From the NCBI RefSeq assembly GCF_009914755.1, contig NC_060931.1: a stretch of DNA of 64,000 bases; one strand, given 5' to 3'. The position numbers and the translations under genes were made by a program. The notes under the pieces are model-generated. The model searched no databases. It was not told the origin of the DNA and was given only the letters and a program-made list of their open reading frames with translations. This DNA is from the human T2T-CHM13v2.0 reference genome, Homo sapiens. This document shows, piece after piece, positions 35,386 through 52,781 of the stretch; positions within the stretch are counted from its first letter, which is position 1; each line of letters opens with the position of its first letter.

Positions 35386-35686
35386 AATATTTAAACTTTT
35401 TAAAAATTAATTCATAAATTTTCACTTTTTAGGTTCACTTGAATATATATTTTGTTCCTTTGACTGGGCTGTGTTTCCTGGTTACTTTTATGTATTGCGA
35501 TTTTGTTGAGATTTTGGCCAATTAAGAAACAACTACCTATTCATCCCTTGTGGAATGGCTTTTCACAGGGGAAAATTGACAACATTTAGCCACACTAATC
35601 ATTCTGGGAGCTTTTCTAACCTATTAGCAAAACTGTGTCTTCTCTGGACTACTGTGTGTATTTTCTTGTTAAAAAGGTTTACCTCA

Positions 35687-35984
35687 GCTGGGTGCGGTGG
35701 CTTACTCCTGTAATCCCAGCACTTTGGGAGGCCGAGGCGAGTGGATCACGAGGTCAGGAGATCGAGACCATCCTGGCCAACATGGTAAAACCCCGTCTCT
35801 ACTAAAATACAAAAAAGTAGCTGGGCGTGGTGATGTGCCTGTAGTCTCAGCCACTCGGGAGGCTGAGGTAGGGGAATCCCTTGAACCCAGGAGGCGGAGG
35901 TTGAGTGAGCCATGATCGCGCCACTGCACTCCAGCCTGAGTGACAGAGCAAGACTCCGTCTTAAAAAAAAAAAAAAGAAAAAAA
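35687..35984 (+). mobile_element. AluSc-like
   Basis: TSD aaaaaggtttacctc. Confidence 0.94.
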
Positions 35985-36397
35985 AGGTTTACCTCTGTTT
36001 CTGCTCAAGAGCTTTTAATCTCTTCCCTTGGTCACTCTTACAGGCACTACAGTCTCTCTGTTGTTGTAGCAAGCATTTATCTTCATTTTTCTTGACCAAA
36101 CCTCTCATTTTAACTGTATCTTTATTCTCTTCAGCAGGAGGTGTTAAAGGAAGCAATAACCAGTCTTTGTATAGCCCAAGAATAACTCCGTAACTCAGAA
36201 ATTTGGATACACATTCCACTTTTTTAGTTTTTCCTCAGGGAGAAACAGAAAGTGGGAAGATTTGTTTAACTGCACGGTGCTGTAGTGCAGAATGTAACAA
36301 ATCTTCTAAATGTGGTTATTCTTGGCTTTCTGCTCACATGAGGTGTTGCAAACTCAACTGGTTTTGTTCACCCTGTTGTCATTAAAGTTAATATATT

Positions 36398-36700
36398 GGC
36401 TGGTCACGGTGGCTCACGCCTGTAATCCCAGCACTTGGGAGGCCAAGGCAGGTGGATCACTTGAGGTCAGGAGTTCGAGACCAGCCTGGCAAACATGATG
36501 AAATCCCATCTCTACTAAAAAATACAAAACTTAACTGGTTGTGGTGGCAGGCGCCTGTAGTCCCAGCTACTCGGGAGGCTGAGTCAGGAGAATTGTTTGA
36601 ACCCGGGGGCAAAGGTTGCAGTGAGCCGAGATTGTGCCACTGTACTCCAGCTGGGGTGACAGAGTGAGACTCCATCTTAAAAATAAAATAAAATAAAAAT
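36398..36700 (+). mobile_element. AluS
   Basis: TSD taaagtt(a/c)atat(a/g)tt. Confidence 0.93.
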
Positions 36701-36894
36701 AAAGTTCATATGTTGAGAAAAAAGGATCTCAGGTTTTTGATTCAACTATTATGGTGCTGTTCGCAGCTGGCCTAGTTTTGTGTATTTATGTAGTATATTT
36801 ACTTCAATCTAGTAATTGGAAAATTTAAAAATATTTTTCAGATATGTTTTCTCATTATACCTGAGATATGTTGAGAAAGCACTGCATAGAAGCT

Positions 36895-37316
<422 letters not shown>

Positions 37317-37371
37317 TAGAAGCTTTTTTTCAAAAAGTAGTATTGGGAAGATATGGGAACCGTGGCCTTGA

Positions 37372-37870
<499 letters not shown>

Positions 37871-38609
37871 CCGTACCATGTGTTTCTACAAATATTAATA
37901 TCAATTTTGAAACATATTTTTCTTTGAAATAAAACTTAGAAAATCTAAATAGTAATCTAGACTATGTTCAAAATAATCATATGAACGAGTTGAAATATAA
38001 GACTGGATTAAACATTAAAATATTTCTGAAAAGCAAATATTTCAAAATGAGAATATTTCTAAATATGATCAGTTTAATGGGTCCTTGTTAAAAGGTGTTC
38101 ACCAAGAAAAAATACCTTCTTCTGCCATAATCTGCAAATTTTGTCAATATGAGAAGGTCTTTACCCATTAAGTATTACTTAGCCAATATCATGGAATAGA
38201 TAATTGTGGAAAACGTCACACATATAATACAACTTTGACAACCAGTAGGGAGGGCTCTACGCTATATATTTACCAAGATATTTTTATTGAAGAAAAAAAT
38301 TAGCAATGCAATAAATCGATAAAACCTTGAGCCAAAGCTTAATCCCTAGAAAACATTAGAAAATTCATTTTCTAGAGAACCACTACAAATGTAGAAAGTG
38401 TGAGAAAGTCTTTTATTAGTTCTTCATCTTTATTATACATCAGAATACCAATGTTCAGAGAAGTCATACAAATATAATAAATGTGTAGAAGTTTTTAGCC
38501 AGTTGTCAAAACATACTCAGCATTAGAGAATCTATATTGGATAAAACTCAGATACAATAAATGTGAGACAGTTCTTAGTTAATAATCAAATCTAAAAAAA
38601 CATGAGATA

Positions 38610-38895
38610 GCCTGGCGCGGTGGCTCACGCCTGTAATCCCAGCACTTTGGGAGGCCGAGGCGGGTGGATCACGAGGTGAGGAGATCGAAACCATCCTGGC
38701 TATCACGGTGAAACCCCGTCTCCACTAAAAATACAAAAAATTAGCCGGGCGTGGTGGCGGGTGCCTGTAGTCCCAGCTACTCTGGAGGCTGAGGCAGGAG
38801 AATGGCGTGAACCCGGGAGGCGGAGCTTGCACTTGCAGTGAGCCGAGATCGCACGACTGTACTCCAGCCTGGGTGACAGAGCGAGACTCCATCTC

Positions 38896-38923
<28 letters not shown>
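38610..38923 (+). mobile_element. AluY
   Basis: Y-diagnostic positions, long A-tail, gagata on both sides. Confidence 0.94.
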
Positions 38924-38927
<4 letters not shown>

Positions 38928-40504
38928 ATAATCCGTAATGATGAGAAAACTTACCAATTGAAAGAATGTGGCAAAACCTTTAACCATAGTTTACACTTTA
39001 CTCAACACCAGAGAAATTCATACTGGGGAGAAACCCTGCAATTATTGAAAAGCCACAAACTATTTGGTTGCTACTCAACCCTTACTTAACATAAGAGAAT
39101 TCATATTAGAACTCTATAGAAGTAATTGATGTGAAAAGAGTTTATCTAAAATATGGAACTTAGAAATCACCATAGAGTTCACACAGAAAGAAACTTCACA
39201 GATGTAATAAATGTGATGAAATATTTAATAAAACTCGAGTATAAATGTGTCAGAAGATTTACACAAGAAAGGACTAAAGCACGAACATTTTCAGACTTTA
39301 CATCAAACCAGAGTATTTATTACAGAGAATAATATAAAGTCAAGGCAATTAGATAATTTATTTGCTTATTTCTTTCAATCAAGCAAGAACATTGATGTTC
39401 TGTCATATTCAATGGATATATTATTGACACTGGCAGTACTTGAAATTTTTGAAAAGCAAGTATTATTGATATAATTCAATTCTCAAATAGTCGATGCTAT
39501 ATATTAATTCCTAGTGTTTATATAAAAATATGAGGTCTGTTTTTTCTGCCTCAGGGCCATGAAAGGCCATTCTATATTAGGTAAAAATTATTAATGTCAG
39601 TTTGTTTTAAGGAAAGTTTAATGGCAAATGTAAAATATATAAAGAAAATATAAAGAAAAATACTTGAATATAAAACAGTAATGCATGTAAAAATATATAT
39701 GTTCAGATCATTATTCTTCTATATTAAAGTACAAGGAATATTCTGAAGTTTCCAAATTATTTCACCAATTGCTCCTTAAGTATAATAAAATGGTCAGGTT
39801 TTTAAAATACTGACATATCTTTGTAATGTTGGGTACTTTTTGTGATGGAAGACATAGAAGACAAATATTATTTGATAATTCAGATATCAGAAAAGTGAAA
39901 ATAACTTCTATCAGAATAATTGTAAGTTTATTCAAAAGTAATGTTTATTAGATAGCCTTATGCTTTAAAAATGGAGAAAGCATGACTCCATAATCATGGT
40001 ACTGGAAAAAAAAATGCTCCTTCAGTGTTCGTAATTCAGGGAGCATATAGGGGATTGTAAATGCTTCATTTAGACTATGCGTGAACTTAATTTGGGGTTT
40101 CAGTGTTACTATTTTTTTATTTCAATAGGTTTTTGGGGGACAGGTAGTGTTTGATTACATGAATGAGTTATTTAATGGTGATTTCGGTGTACCTGTCACC
40201 TAAGCAATGTACACTGTACCCAAATGTGTAGTCTTTTATCCCTCACCCCCCTCCCACCCTTTGCCCTAATTCCCCAAAGCCCAATTGTATTATTCTTATG
40301 CCTTTGCATTCTCATAGCTTAGCTCCCACTTATGAGTGAGAACATATAATGTTTGGTTTTCCATTCCTGAGTTACTTCACTTAGAGTAATGGTCTCCAAT
40401 TACATCCAAGTTGCTGTGAATGCCATTAATTTAATTCTTTTTTATGGCTGAGTAGTATTCCATAGTGTGTGTGTGTATATATAATATACACCATATTTTC
40501 TTCC

Positions 40505-40823
<319 letters not shown>

Positions 40824-42596
40824 TGATGGGTGTTTGGGCTGGTTCCACAGTTTTGCAATTGCAAATAGTGCTGCTATAAACATGCGTGTTCAAGTGCCTT
40901 TTAAGTATAATGACTTCTTTTCCTCTGGGTAAATACCTAGTAGTGGAATTGCCGAATTAAATAGTAGATCTATATATCTCCACACTGTTTTCCGTAGTGG
41001 TTGCACTAATTTACATTCCCACCAGCAGTGTAAAAGTGTTCCCTTTGCACCATACTCATGCCAACATCTATTTTTTTTATTATGGCCATTCTTGCAGAAG
41101 TAAGTTAGTATCCCATTGTGGTTTTGAATTGTATTTCCCTGATCATTAGTGATGTTGAGCCTTTTTTTCATATGTCTGTTGGCCATTTCTGTATCTTCTT
41201 GTGAGAATTGTCTATTCATTTCCTTAACCCACTTTTTAATGGGATTGTTTTTTTTCTTGATGACTTGTTTGATTTCCTTGTAGATTCTGGATATTAGTCC
41301 GATGTTGAATGCATAATTTGTGAAGCTCTCCCACTCTGTGAGTTGTTTATTCTGCTGATTATTTCTATTGCTTTGCAGAAGCTTTTTAGTTTTATTAAGT
41401 CCCATCTATTTAACTTTGTTTTTGTTGCATTTGCTTTTGGATTCTTGGTCATGAAGTCTTTACCTAAGCCAATGTCTAGAAGAATTTTTCCAGTGTTATC
41501 TTCTAGAAATTTTATGGTTTCAGATCTTAGATATACGTCTTTGATCCATCTTGAGTTGATTTTTGTATAAGGTGAGAAATAAGGATCCAGTTTCATTCTT
41601 CTATGTGTGGCATGCCAGCACCATTTGTTGAATAGGGTGTCCTTTCCCCACTTCATGTTTTTGTTTGCTTTGTTAAACATCAGTTGGCTGTAAATATTTG
41701 GCTTTATTTCTGGGTTCTCTATTCAGTTCCATTGATCTACATGCCTATTTTTATACCAGTACCATGCTATTTTGGTTACTATGGTCTTATGGTATCGTTT
41801 GAAGTCAGATAACATAATGTCTCCAGATTTGTTCTTTTTGCTTAGTTTTGCTTTGGCTATGCAGTCTCTGTTTTGGTTCCACATAAATTTTAGGATTGTT
41901 TTTTCTAGTTCTGTGAAGAACGATGGTGGTATTTTAATGAGAATTGCATTGAATGTGTAGATTGCTTTTGGCAGTATGGTCATTTTCACAGTGTTAACTC
42001 TACCGATGCATCCATGAGCATGAGATGTGTTTCTGTTAGTTTGTGTCATCTGTGGTTTCATTCAGCAGTGTTTTGTGGTTTTTCTTGTAGAGGTCTTTCA
42101 CCTCCTTGGTTAAGTATATTACTGAGTATTTTATTTTATTTTTGCAGTTATTGTAAAAGGGCTTGAGTTCTTGATTTAATTCTCAACTTGGCCACTGTAG
42201 GTATATAACAGAGCTATTAATTTGTGTACATTAATTTTGTGTCCTGAAACTTTACTGAATTCATTATGAAATCTAGAAGCTTTTTGGATTAGTCTTTAGG
42301 ATTTTCAAAATATACAATTATGTCCTCAGCAAACAGCAACTGTTTGACTTCTTCTTTACTGATTTGGATGCCCTTTATTTCTTTCTCTTGTCTGATAGCT
42401 CTGGCTAGGACTTCCAGTACTTTGTTGAATAGAAGTGGTGAAAGGGGCATCCTTGTCTTGTTCCACTTCTCATGGGGGAATGCTTTTAATTTTTTCCCAT
42501 TCAGTATATTGTTGGCTGTGTGTTTGTCATAGACAGCTGCTATTACCTTAAGGAATTTTCCTTCTATGCCGATTTTTCTGACGGTTTTAATCATAA

Positions 42597-43091
<495 letters not shown>

Positions 43092-43323
43092 TCAGTTAAC
43101 TAGTATTTTGTTGAGGATTTTTGCATCTATGTTCATCAGGAATATTGGTCTGCAGTTTTCTCTTTTGTTATATCTTTTCCTGGTTTTGGTATTAGAGTAA
43201 TACTGGCTTCATAGAATAATTTAAGGAGGATTTCCTCTTTCTCTATCTTTTGGAATAGTGTCAATAGGATTGGTACCCATTTTTTTTTTTTTTTTTGAAT
43301 TGTCTTATAGAATTCAGGTATGA

Positions 43324-43746
<423 letters not shown>

Positions 43747-44192
43747 TGAATTAATTTAAAATTTTTAGTGAGACACCACTCCAGAGTACAGAGGGTGGTA
43801 TGCACAATAAAAAGTTTTAAAAAGCAGCCATACGTTAAAAGTACAATAAACTGTTTGCCCAGTGAAGTGCATTTCTTGGTCTCTGGAAAGCTCAAAAGAA
43901 ACTCCCCAAGAAGAAATTGTACAAGACTTAATATGGTCAGATTAAAGATGCAGTTGTCAAAGAAATTTGGTCATTTTCTTTTTTATTTTACACAGTTTAC
44001 TCAAAAGGTGAACCCCAGGTCTTTTATTATTGCTTAAAAATACTTCACAAAAATTCTGTTTAAAAAAAGAAAACTGAATTGTATCCCATGTTTGATACAA
44101 TTGATTGTATGATTAAAATTAAAGCTAATTTCAATAAAATCTCATAAACAGATCAGTGTAATCTCAGTCAGCTTTGACCGCTCATAATAAGA

Positions 44193-44815
<623 letters not shown>

Positions 44816-45167
44816 CTCTATAAATCGTTTATAAACTCTTATAATTTTTTTCTATTCTTTTTCTTTCTTCAATTTCTATACCCATTTAATTGTTCTATCT
44901 CATTTTTTTCTTTTTTCAATTTAAGAAAACATTTAAATAATTTCTACATTAAGCAAAATTACTGTTTCTTTAAGAAAAACCACAATCCTCATGTCTTTTT
45001 CAATATGATCTTTTTTCCAACAGACATATCTTATTTTCTTTATACACACTGTATATAGAATTGTTCTTTATTTCTAGTTTCAATCACCATGTTAGTAAGA
45101 ATTTTAAATCCTAATGATGTTCATTCATAGTATAAAAACCTAAGAAGTAAGAAAGTTTAACTCCTTC

Positions 45168-45439
<272 letters not shown>

Positions 45440-46610
45440 TTATAAATACACATTTTATAATATTTAGAAACATAATTCTAGTTGGACAGTTTTTCAGTTT
45501 GGAACAAAACATATTTACTAATATCTAGATAGCTTTTGTTTCTCTGAAATAAAAAGCCAAAAGTATATGATTATATTTAGTAATTAATGTCAGTAGTGTT
45601 AGCTAATGTCAGTAATGTTAGCTAATTTCATATTACTGTATGTTAGGCAAGTATTATAAGAGGCAATAGCTTTACAGTGAAATACACGCATATTTTGCTG
45701 GTAAGTCAGAAGCTAATTGTTTTTATTAATGCAACAATATTAAACTAATTACATTTACCAAATAATTTGCTCAAGTAGTGTGAACTTGAAAAATATTTGG
45801 ACTTATTTATTTAATTTACAAACCCTTGTTTATCTTTAAGTTAATTTGGTACCATATGGATACTATACAAACAGAGGTATAAACATATGCATATATGTAG
45901 ATACAGTACATAACTTATGTGTGTACACATGGATGCATTTAAAATTCAAAGAGATTGAGGAGTTCAATTAAAAATATACTGGAGCTTACACCTAAGAGGA
46001 ACCTTTCCACCTGCACAAGCCTTGGAGCTCTGTGAGAAAAAATAAAAGTACTCTGCCAAAACAGAGTCCCTTATGTCCTTTCTGTCTTCTTCAAAGGGTC
46101 CCTGGGCCTCTAGAAATTTCCTTTAGGGCCCCTTATATGGTGTCAAAAGTGGCAAAAGGAAGGACTGACAGAACATAGTAAATGAAAAAACTAATTCTAG
46201 AGCAGCCAGTTTGAAAATATCTTCTTTATCAAAAAGCCAATAATGTTTTAGATTATCCTTGGCAAAAAATATGTCAACAAGAGGATAAATGAGGAGTTCA
46301 TATAGATAGCAGGAGTTTAAGAAGTGGTAAATTTAGTTGACTGAGAAGCTTTTATGGAGAGAACAGAGACCTCAAATAAATGTATGTGTCCATATATAGT
46401 CTAAATATCAGTTTCAATTAAGTAAACTTTTGACTATAGGGTTCTTAAAATATTTTTGCCGGGTTTTAGCTGCATAAATAGCAAACATTTCTGTTTCTTG
46501 GCTATTTTATTCTGAAATTTACACTACTAATAAATAAGTTTTGGAGGTGGGGCATATTTCTTTACTAGAGGTGTAGGATAGTCGTTATTTAAAACTGTTT
46601 GCCTTTGAAT

Positions 46611-46912
46611 TTTTTTTTTTTTTTTTTTTTTTTTGAGACAGAGTCTCGCTGTCACCCAGGCTGGAGTGCCGTGGCACAGTCTCGGCTCACTGCAAGCTCC
46701 GCCTCCCGGGTTCATGCCATTCTCCTGCCTCAGCCTCCTGAGTAGAAGGGACTACAGGTGCCCGCCAATATGCCCGGCTAATTTTTTGTATTTTAGTAAA
46801 GACAGGGTTTCACCGTGTTAGCCAGGATGGTCTCGATCTCCTGACCTCGTGATCCGCCCGCCTCAGCCTCCCAAAGTGCTGGGACTACAGGTGTGAGCCA
46901 CTGCGCCTGGCC
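46611..46912 (-). mobile_element. AluY
   Basis: Antisense Alu with Y-diagnostic positions. Confidence 0.94.
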
Positions 46913-48029
46913 CGAAATGTTTTAATTATTTTCTCTTTGGATATATATCTTATTTAGCTTAGGAGAGAAGTCTATACAAACAATTTTTTTAATCACATTC
47001 TTAACATATATCAAAATTTTAAATCAAAGGGATACCTTAATAAATGTCTCAGAACTACACAAATAAACACACGTGAGACCACAACCAAGAAGTCCTTTAT
47101 AGCTGTAATTAAGGTCTCCAAAAAAGAAGCAAAAGCTATAGCCCTTCTAAGATCCACATCTCTCTGATTGACAGCTTAAAGAACATTCGGCTAGCTGCAA
47201 ATGGGGTACAACCCACATCTGTAGGCCATATATTTTAGGGTCCCGGCTTCTCAGCTGACCATCTACACACAAAGGCTAAATGGAATATTAAAAGATACAG
47301 TTGGTAAAACAAGAAAATAAAAGCTGTTCATTGGTATGGAAAAGCTTACAAATGTAATAAACCTGACTTGGAAGTTAAAATAATTAATGTAGAGTAGTTA
47401 ACTGAGATAACAGTCATGATAAGATTATGCCAATAATTGAACTGGATGAATTAATAGTTTAGTAGGATCATCAACATCTTAATCCTACAGCAAATAAAAT
47501 TTACATCTTTCTATTTACTCTTTGCATAACTACTCACTTGCCCTCCATTACTTAATTACTAAAACCTAATTCTCAGCGAGGCTTTCCTGGGACCACCTAA
47601 GCTTCAGTCCTTAACCACACTTGCATCAGCCTTCCCTCTTCTCCTTATCTTGCCTGGTGCAAACCACAGTGGTGCTCTGCTTGTCTGTTTCTTTGTATGT
47701 GTTTGCATTAAGACAGCTGCCTTCATGTCAATTCTAACCAGTTACAGCTATGAGATTTTTTTCACAGCATATAAAATGGTTATTTTCTCATTTAAAATCT
47801 TGCACATGTTGACCACAGTATCGTCACTCTTTTGAACTAAATGTTTCTAAAAATACCTTAGATATAAAACTTTAGAACACAGCCAAGAAGTAAAATTTTT
47901 TGCAACAGAAATATTAAACTATAATGGTATTTTGAGTATAAAATCTTTAGATAATGTTTTAAAGAGTCATTGCTTTCAAAGTATATTTGAAAAATAAAAT
48001 TTTTTAAAAATTAGCTTAAGCAATAGATC

Positions 48030-48661
<632 letters not shown>

Positions 48662-49331
48662 TAAATGAGAAAATACAAGGACTTAAAGGGGATATATTGT
48701 AACATAATAGAAAAAACACACAGAAAGTAAGCAAAAACAACAGAATCACATTTCGATGGTGCTATAATCTAATTTGTTACTTGACATGTTTCACAACTTG
48801 CTTTGTGTATCATCACTGCATAATGGCATCTTTGTTAAGGGCTTCCATCCATTCCAACCAGATGTTATTAAACCATGCTCCCTTGTTGCATTCTTGGATA
48901 AAAACACCTTCATTCTCATGTGGAAATGATTCCTGACAGTATGCCCTGAGAAATACCTGAAAGAAAGGCAGTTAGTTTTTGTGCTCAGGCTTCTGAGATT
49001 TGGCCTAAGTGTCTCTAGTGAGATACATTAGGGGAGGTAAGAACGTGTGGTTGCCTGTGAGTCTCGACCAGTGCTTTTCAGATGGGTGTCTGGGCTGGGG
49101 GTAGACTCCGGGTGTCTCATGGAAGGGAGGCTCTGTTCTCCTGCACAGAGGCTGTCACACTGAGAATTGTCCTATGATTCTGTTTCTCTCCCAGGGTCAG
49201 TGGAGACTGAGAACCATCAACTTAATATAATCAAAAAGTCAGAATCTTGTTTAGAGTTTAGGTATGGGAAAATTTAGGGTGGCCACAGGGGAGCACAGAT
49301 TACAGTTTCCCTGAATACACACTCCTATTAG

Positions 49332-50020
49332 TGTGACAGGCCAATTTTTTTCTAGCAGTCACACAGACAGGCCTCCATAGCACTCAAGTTATACAGGCAA
49401 ACTTTCACAGCATCTGCCTTAACATTAAGTTAGTACTTAACCCTAGAAACATCAATCCCTGGACACCAAAGCCAGAAATGAAATATATGTTTGGTAAGAG
49501 TCTTGCGCAAGTTTCTCCTAAAACCTGGGGCAAGTCAAGATAATGAAGATAGCCCCACATTCCTTGTACCAGGACCCATCTTGGGTCAAATAAATTTATT
49601 GGGCATCTGAGGCAACTCTCCAGACCCAAACCATAGGTAATATAAGATAGAACTAATCACTCCTCTACCAGGGCCCTCGCAGATTAAGTAGAGCAAAAAT
49701 AGGGGACATTTCTTAATCATCCTAGTACCAGGGCCCTCGTAGATTAAGTAGATTTAGGGTACATTTCTGGTCTCTGAGCTTTTAGTTAAAATTATTTACC
49801 TGTAGACATAGGTCAGTATGATACTGCACATAAGCATACAGTTTGAAACATATATAAGCAATGGAAAAATGTTTGTTAGTCTTGAGTTGGTCTGGGGAAT
49901 TATCTTTGACCTCCTCCCTGTACTTGTTTACAGAAATAAACTCTCTTCTTTCCCAGTTTGTCTGCATCTTGTTATTGGGCCACAAGAACACACAGCCAGA
50001 CCCAGTTTGGTCCAGGAACA
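49332..50020 (+). mobile_element. 5' LTR
   Basis: tgtgacaggccaatt...aataaactctc...ccaggaaca, homologous to 57654-58285. Confidence 0.9.
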
Positions 50021-50025
50021 ACATC

Positions 50026-50043
50026 TGGCAAGCTAGCCAAGAG
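50026..50043 (+). promoter_or_regulatory. Primer-binding site, tRNA-Arg-like
   Basis: tggcaagctagccaagag vs the Arg PBS tggcgagccagccaggag (15/18). Confidence 0.75.
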
Positions 50044-50463
50044 TCACTGAAATGGTGCTGCACTCAGTGGCCCGTGATTGTGGCGAGATGGTCATTTGGA
50101 GACTCCCAGAAGCTGCTGGATAAGATTGTCCTGGGGACTCTCCCAGGGGCTATTCCATGTGCAAAAACCACATGTCCCTCTCACCACTGGGGAAGAATGG
50201 TGATCAGGCAGGAGTGGATGCACTCAAAGGGTGAGTAAAACTGGATCATATGCAGGAAGCCTGTTATTTTCTTATCTGGGCTTATTAAGCCGTTTGGTCT
50301 GATACCGTCAGGAAAATAGTAGGGCTCATTTTTATACTCAGTTGCTATTTGGTTAGGAGTAAACCTGAAGCTGATTTCAGATCTGTTTTACCCAAGTACG
50401 CTTCCTTTTGTGTTTGTCTGAAACTGTCTCCATGTTCATGTCTGTGGTTTTGTCAGACTTAAA

Positions 50464-51922
50464 ATGGAAAGTGCTGCTTTCCTTCCCTCAGGGAGCCCTC
50501 TGGGAAAAATGCTGTCAGATTGGAAATAGTACGAGGTTACCCCCATGACTAAGAGGAAAATGGTTTACTATTGTAATATGGTTTGGCTAATGTATGCTTT
50601 AGGATCCAAAAAATGGTGGCCAATTTTGGGGTCTTTAAGCTATTATATCTTTCAGTTACAGCTGTTTTGTCAATGTTTGAGGAAATGGGAGGAAGCGTTT
50701 AAAAATTCCCCTACATTCAGGCACTTATGTTGCTACATAACCAAGAGGTTAAAGGGAGTGAGTTAATGTTGCATTACCCAGACAAAGTGTCACCTGACCC
50801 TGAGGGAGAGGAAGAAAGAAAAAGAGCTAGAGTCAGCAATTGCTATACATGCCTAATCCAGTAAAAGCTAGTGTCCCACCACCTAGTCAAGAGAGTGAAG
50901 AGTCACCACCCCCAAAGTTCAAAGAGGCTACAGACACAGTCTCTCCCTCCTGAACTGGGCAAGGCACTAATTTTGGCTGAGGAGCTACCAAGCCTGGGGC
51001 AGGACAATTTCCCTTCTGACAATATCCCACGGGAGTTAATCAGCAAGAGCCTCTGGCTGGATATTACTGAGCATGAAGCCCTTTTCCCACATCTGATTTA
51101 CTGAATTGGAAAAGTTCCAGTCCTTCCTACAGGGAAGAACCCCAGAAGATGACTGAACAGTTACCACTATTTTTGCCACCCATTGCCCTACCTGGGCTGA
51201 TGTGCAAGCCCTCCTAAATATTATGCTTACTGCAGATGAGAGAAGGCTAGTATTAGACAAAGGAGAAAAAAAAGCACTTTCATGATGAAAGCCCTGATGA
51301 TACCCTAGACCCTGATGAGCTGATTCCATGCAGTGACCCAAATTTGGACCCAAATGAGGCCATTGTAGCTGGAGATAATTGTCTGTAGCATTGTAAAAGG
51401 TGTATTCTAAAGGACATTAGGTAGGGGTGCTGAGACCTAAAAGTCTGAACAAAGTGCAGGAACTTCAGCAGAAACCTAATGAGGACCCCTCAGAATTTAT
51501 GGAACAGATCTGTCAAATGTATAGAAAGTATACAGACTTAGATCCACAGGACCCCAAAAATGTCAGAATGGTAAACATGACTCTTACAAGGCAAAGTGCC
51601 CCCAGACATCAGAAAGAAGTTCCAAATGTGGAAGGGGCTATGGGAATGAATGCTTCTCAGTTAATTGACATTGCATTCAATGTCTACAATAGCAGGGAAT
51701 CCAAGGAAACTAAGGCTCTATGGCAGGCAGCAATACTTAGAGCCACTGTGGTAGGAAACCCAAAGAAAAAGGGACCCCTGAGGCAGAAGGAAAATATAGG
51801 AAAGGATCAATGCACTTACTGTCAGGAGACAGGGCATTGAAAGAAAGACTGCCCCAAGTTGATTAAGAAGGAGCTTAGGTCACTTATGGCTGTTAAGCCT
51901 GAAAACGAATCCAAAGAGGACT
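50464..51922 (+). pseudogene. gag: ERV gag relic
   Basis: MA-like MTKRKMVYYCNMVWLMY...WP..GS; CA MHR-like QQKPNEDPSEFMEQI; NC zinc knuckle CTYCQETGH*KKDC (~51811). Stops and frameshifts present. Confidence 0.88.
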
Positions 51923-52028
51923 GAGGGGCCCAAGACTCCTGATGGCTCCAACCCTGTCTGACGTTAAGATTTTCCCTCAGGAGCCTTGGGTAAATTCGAC
52001 AGTGGGGAAATGAAAATTGGACTTCTAA

Positions 52029-52361
<333 letters not shown>

Positions 52362-52484
52362 TTACTGAACTTTTTGACACCTCTGTCAATATAGTTGGGG
52401 TGAGCGGAAAGCTGAAATCAGAATAGTTCTTTCACCCTCTATCCTGGAAGGTGGGAAATGGCTTAATAACTCATTGGTTTCTTT

Positions 52485-52781
52485 TTTCCTTTTGTTTTTT
52501 GAGACAGGGTCTTGCTCTGTCACCCAGGCTGAAGTGCAGTGGTGCGATCTTGGCTCACTGCATCCTCCATCTCCCAGGTTCAAGCAATTCTCTGCCTGAG
52601 CCTCCCGAGTAGCTGGGATTACAGGCACCTGCCACCGCGCCCAGCTAATTTTTTTGTATTTTTAGTAGAGGCAGGGTTTCACCATCTTGGCCAGGCTGGT
52701 CTTGAACTCCTGACCTCGTGATCCACCCGCCTCGGCCTCCCAAAGTGCTGGGATTACTGGTGTGAGCCAAGGTGCCCGGCC
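52485..52781 (-). mobile_element. AluS in ERV pro
   Basis: Antisense Alu. Confidence 0.93.
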
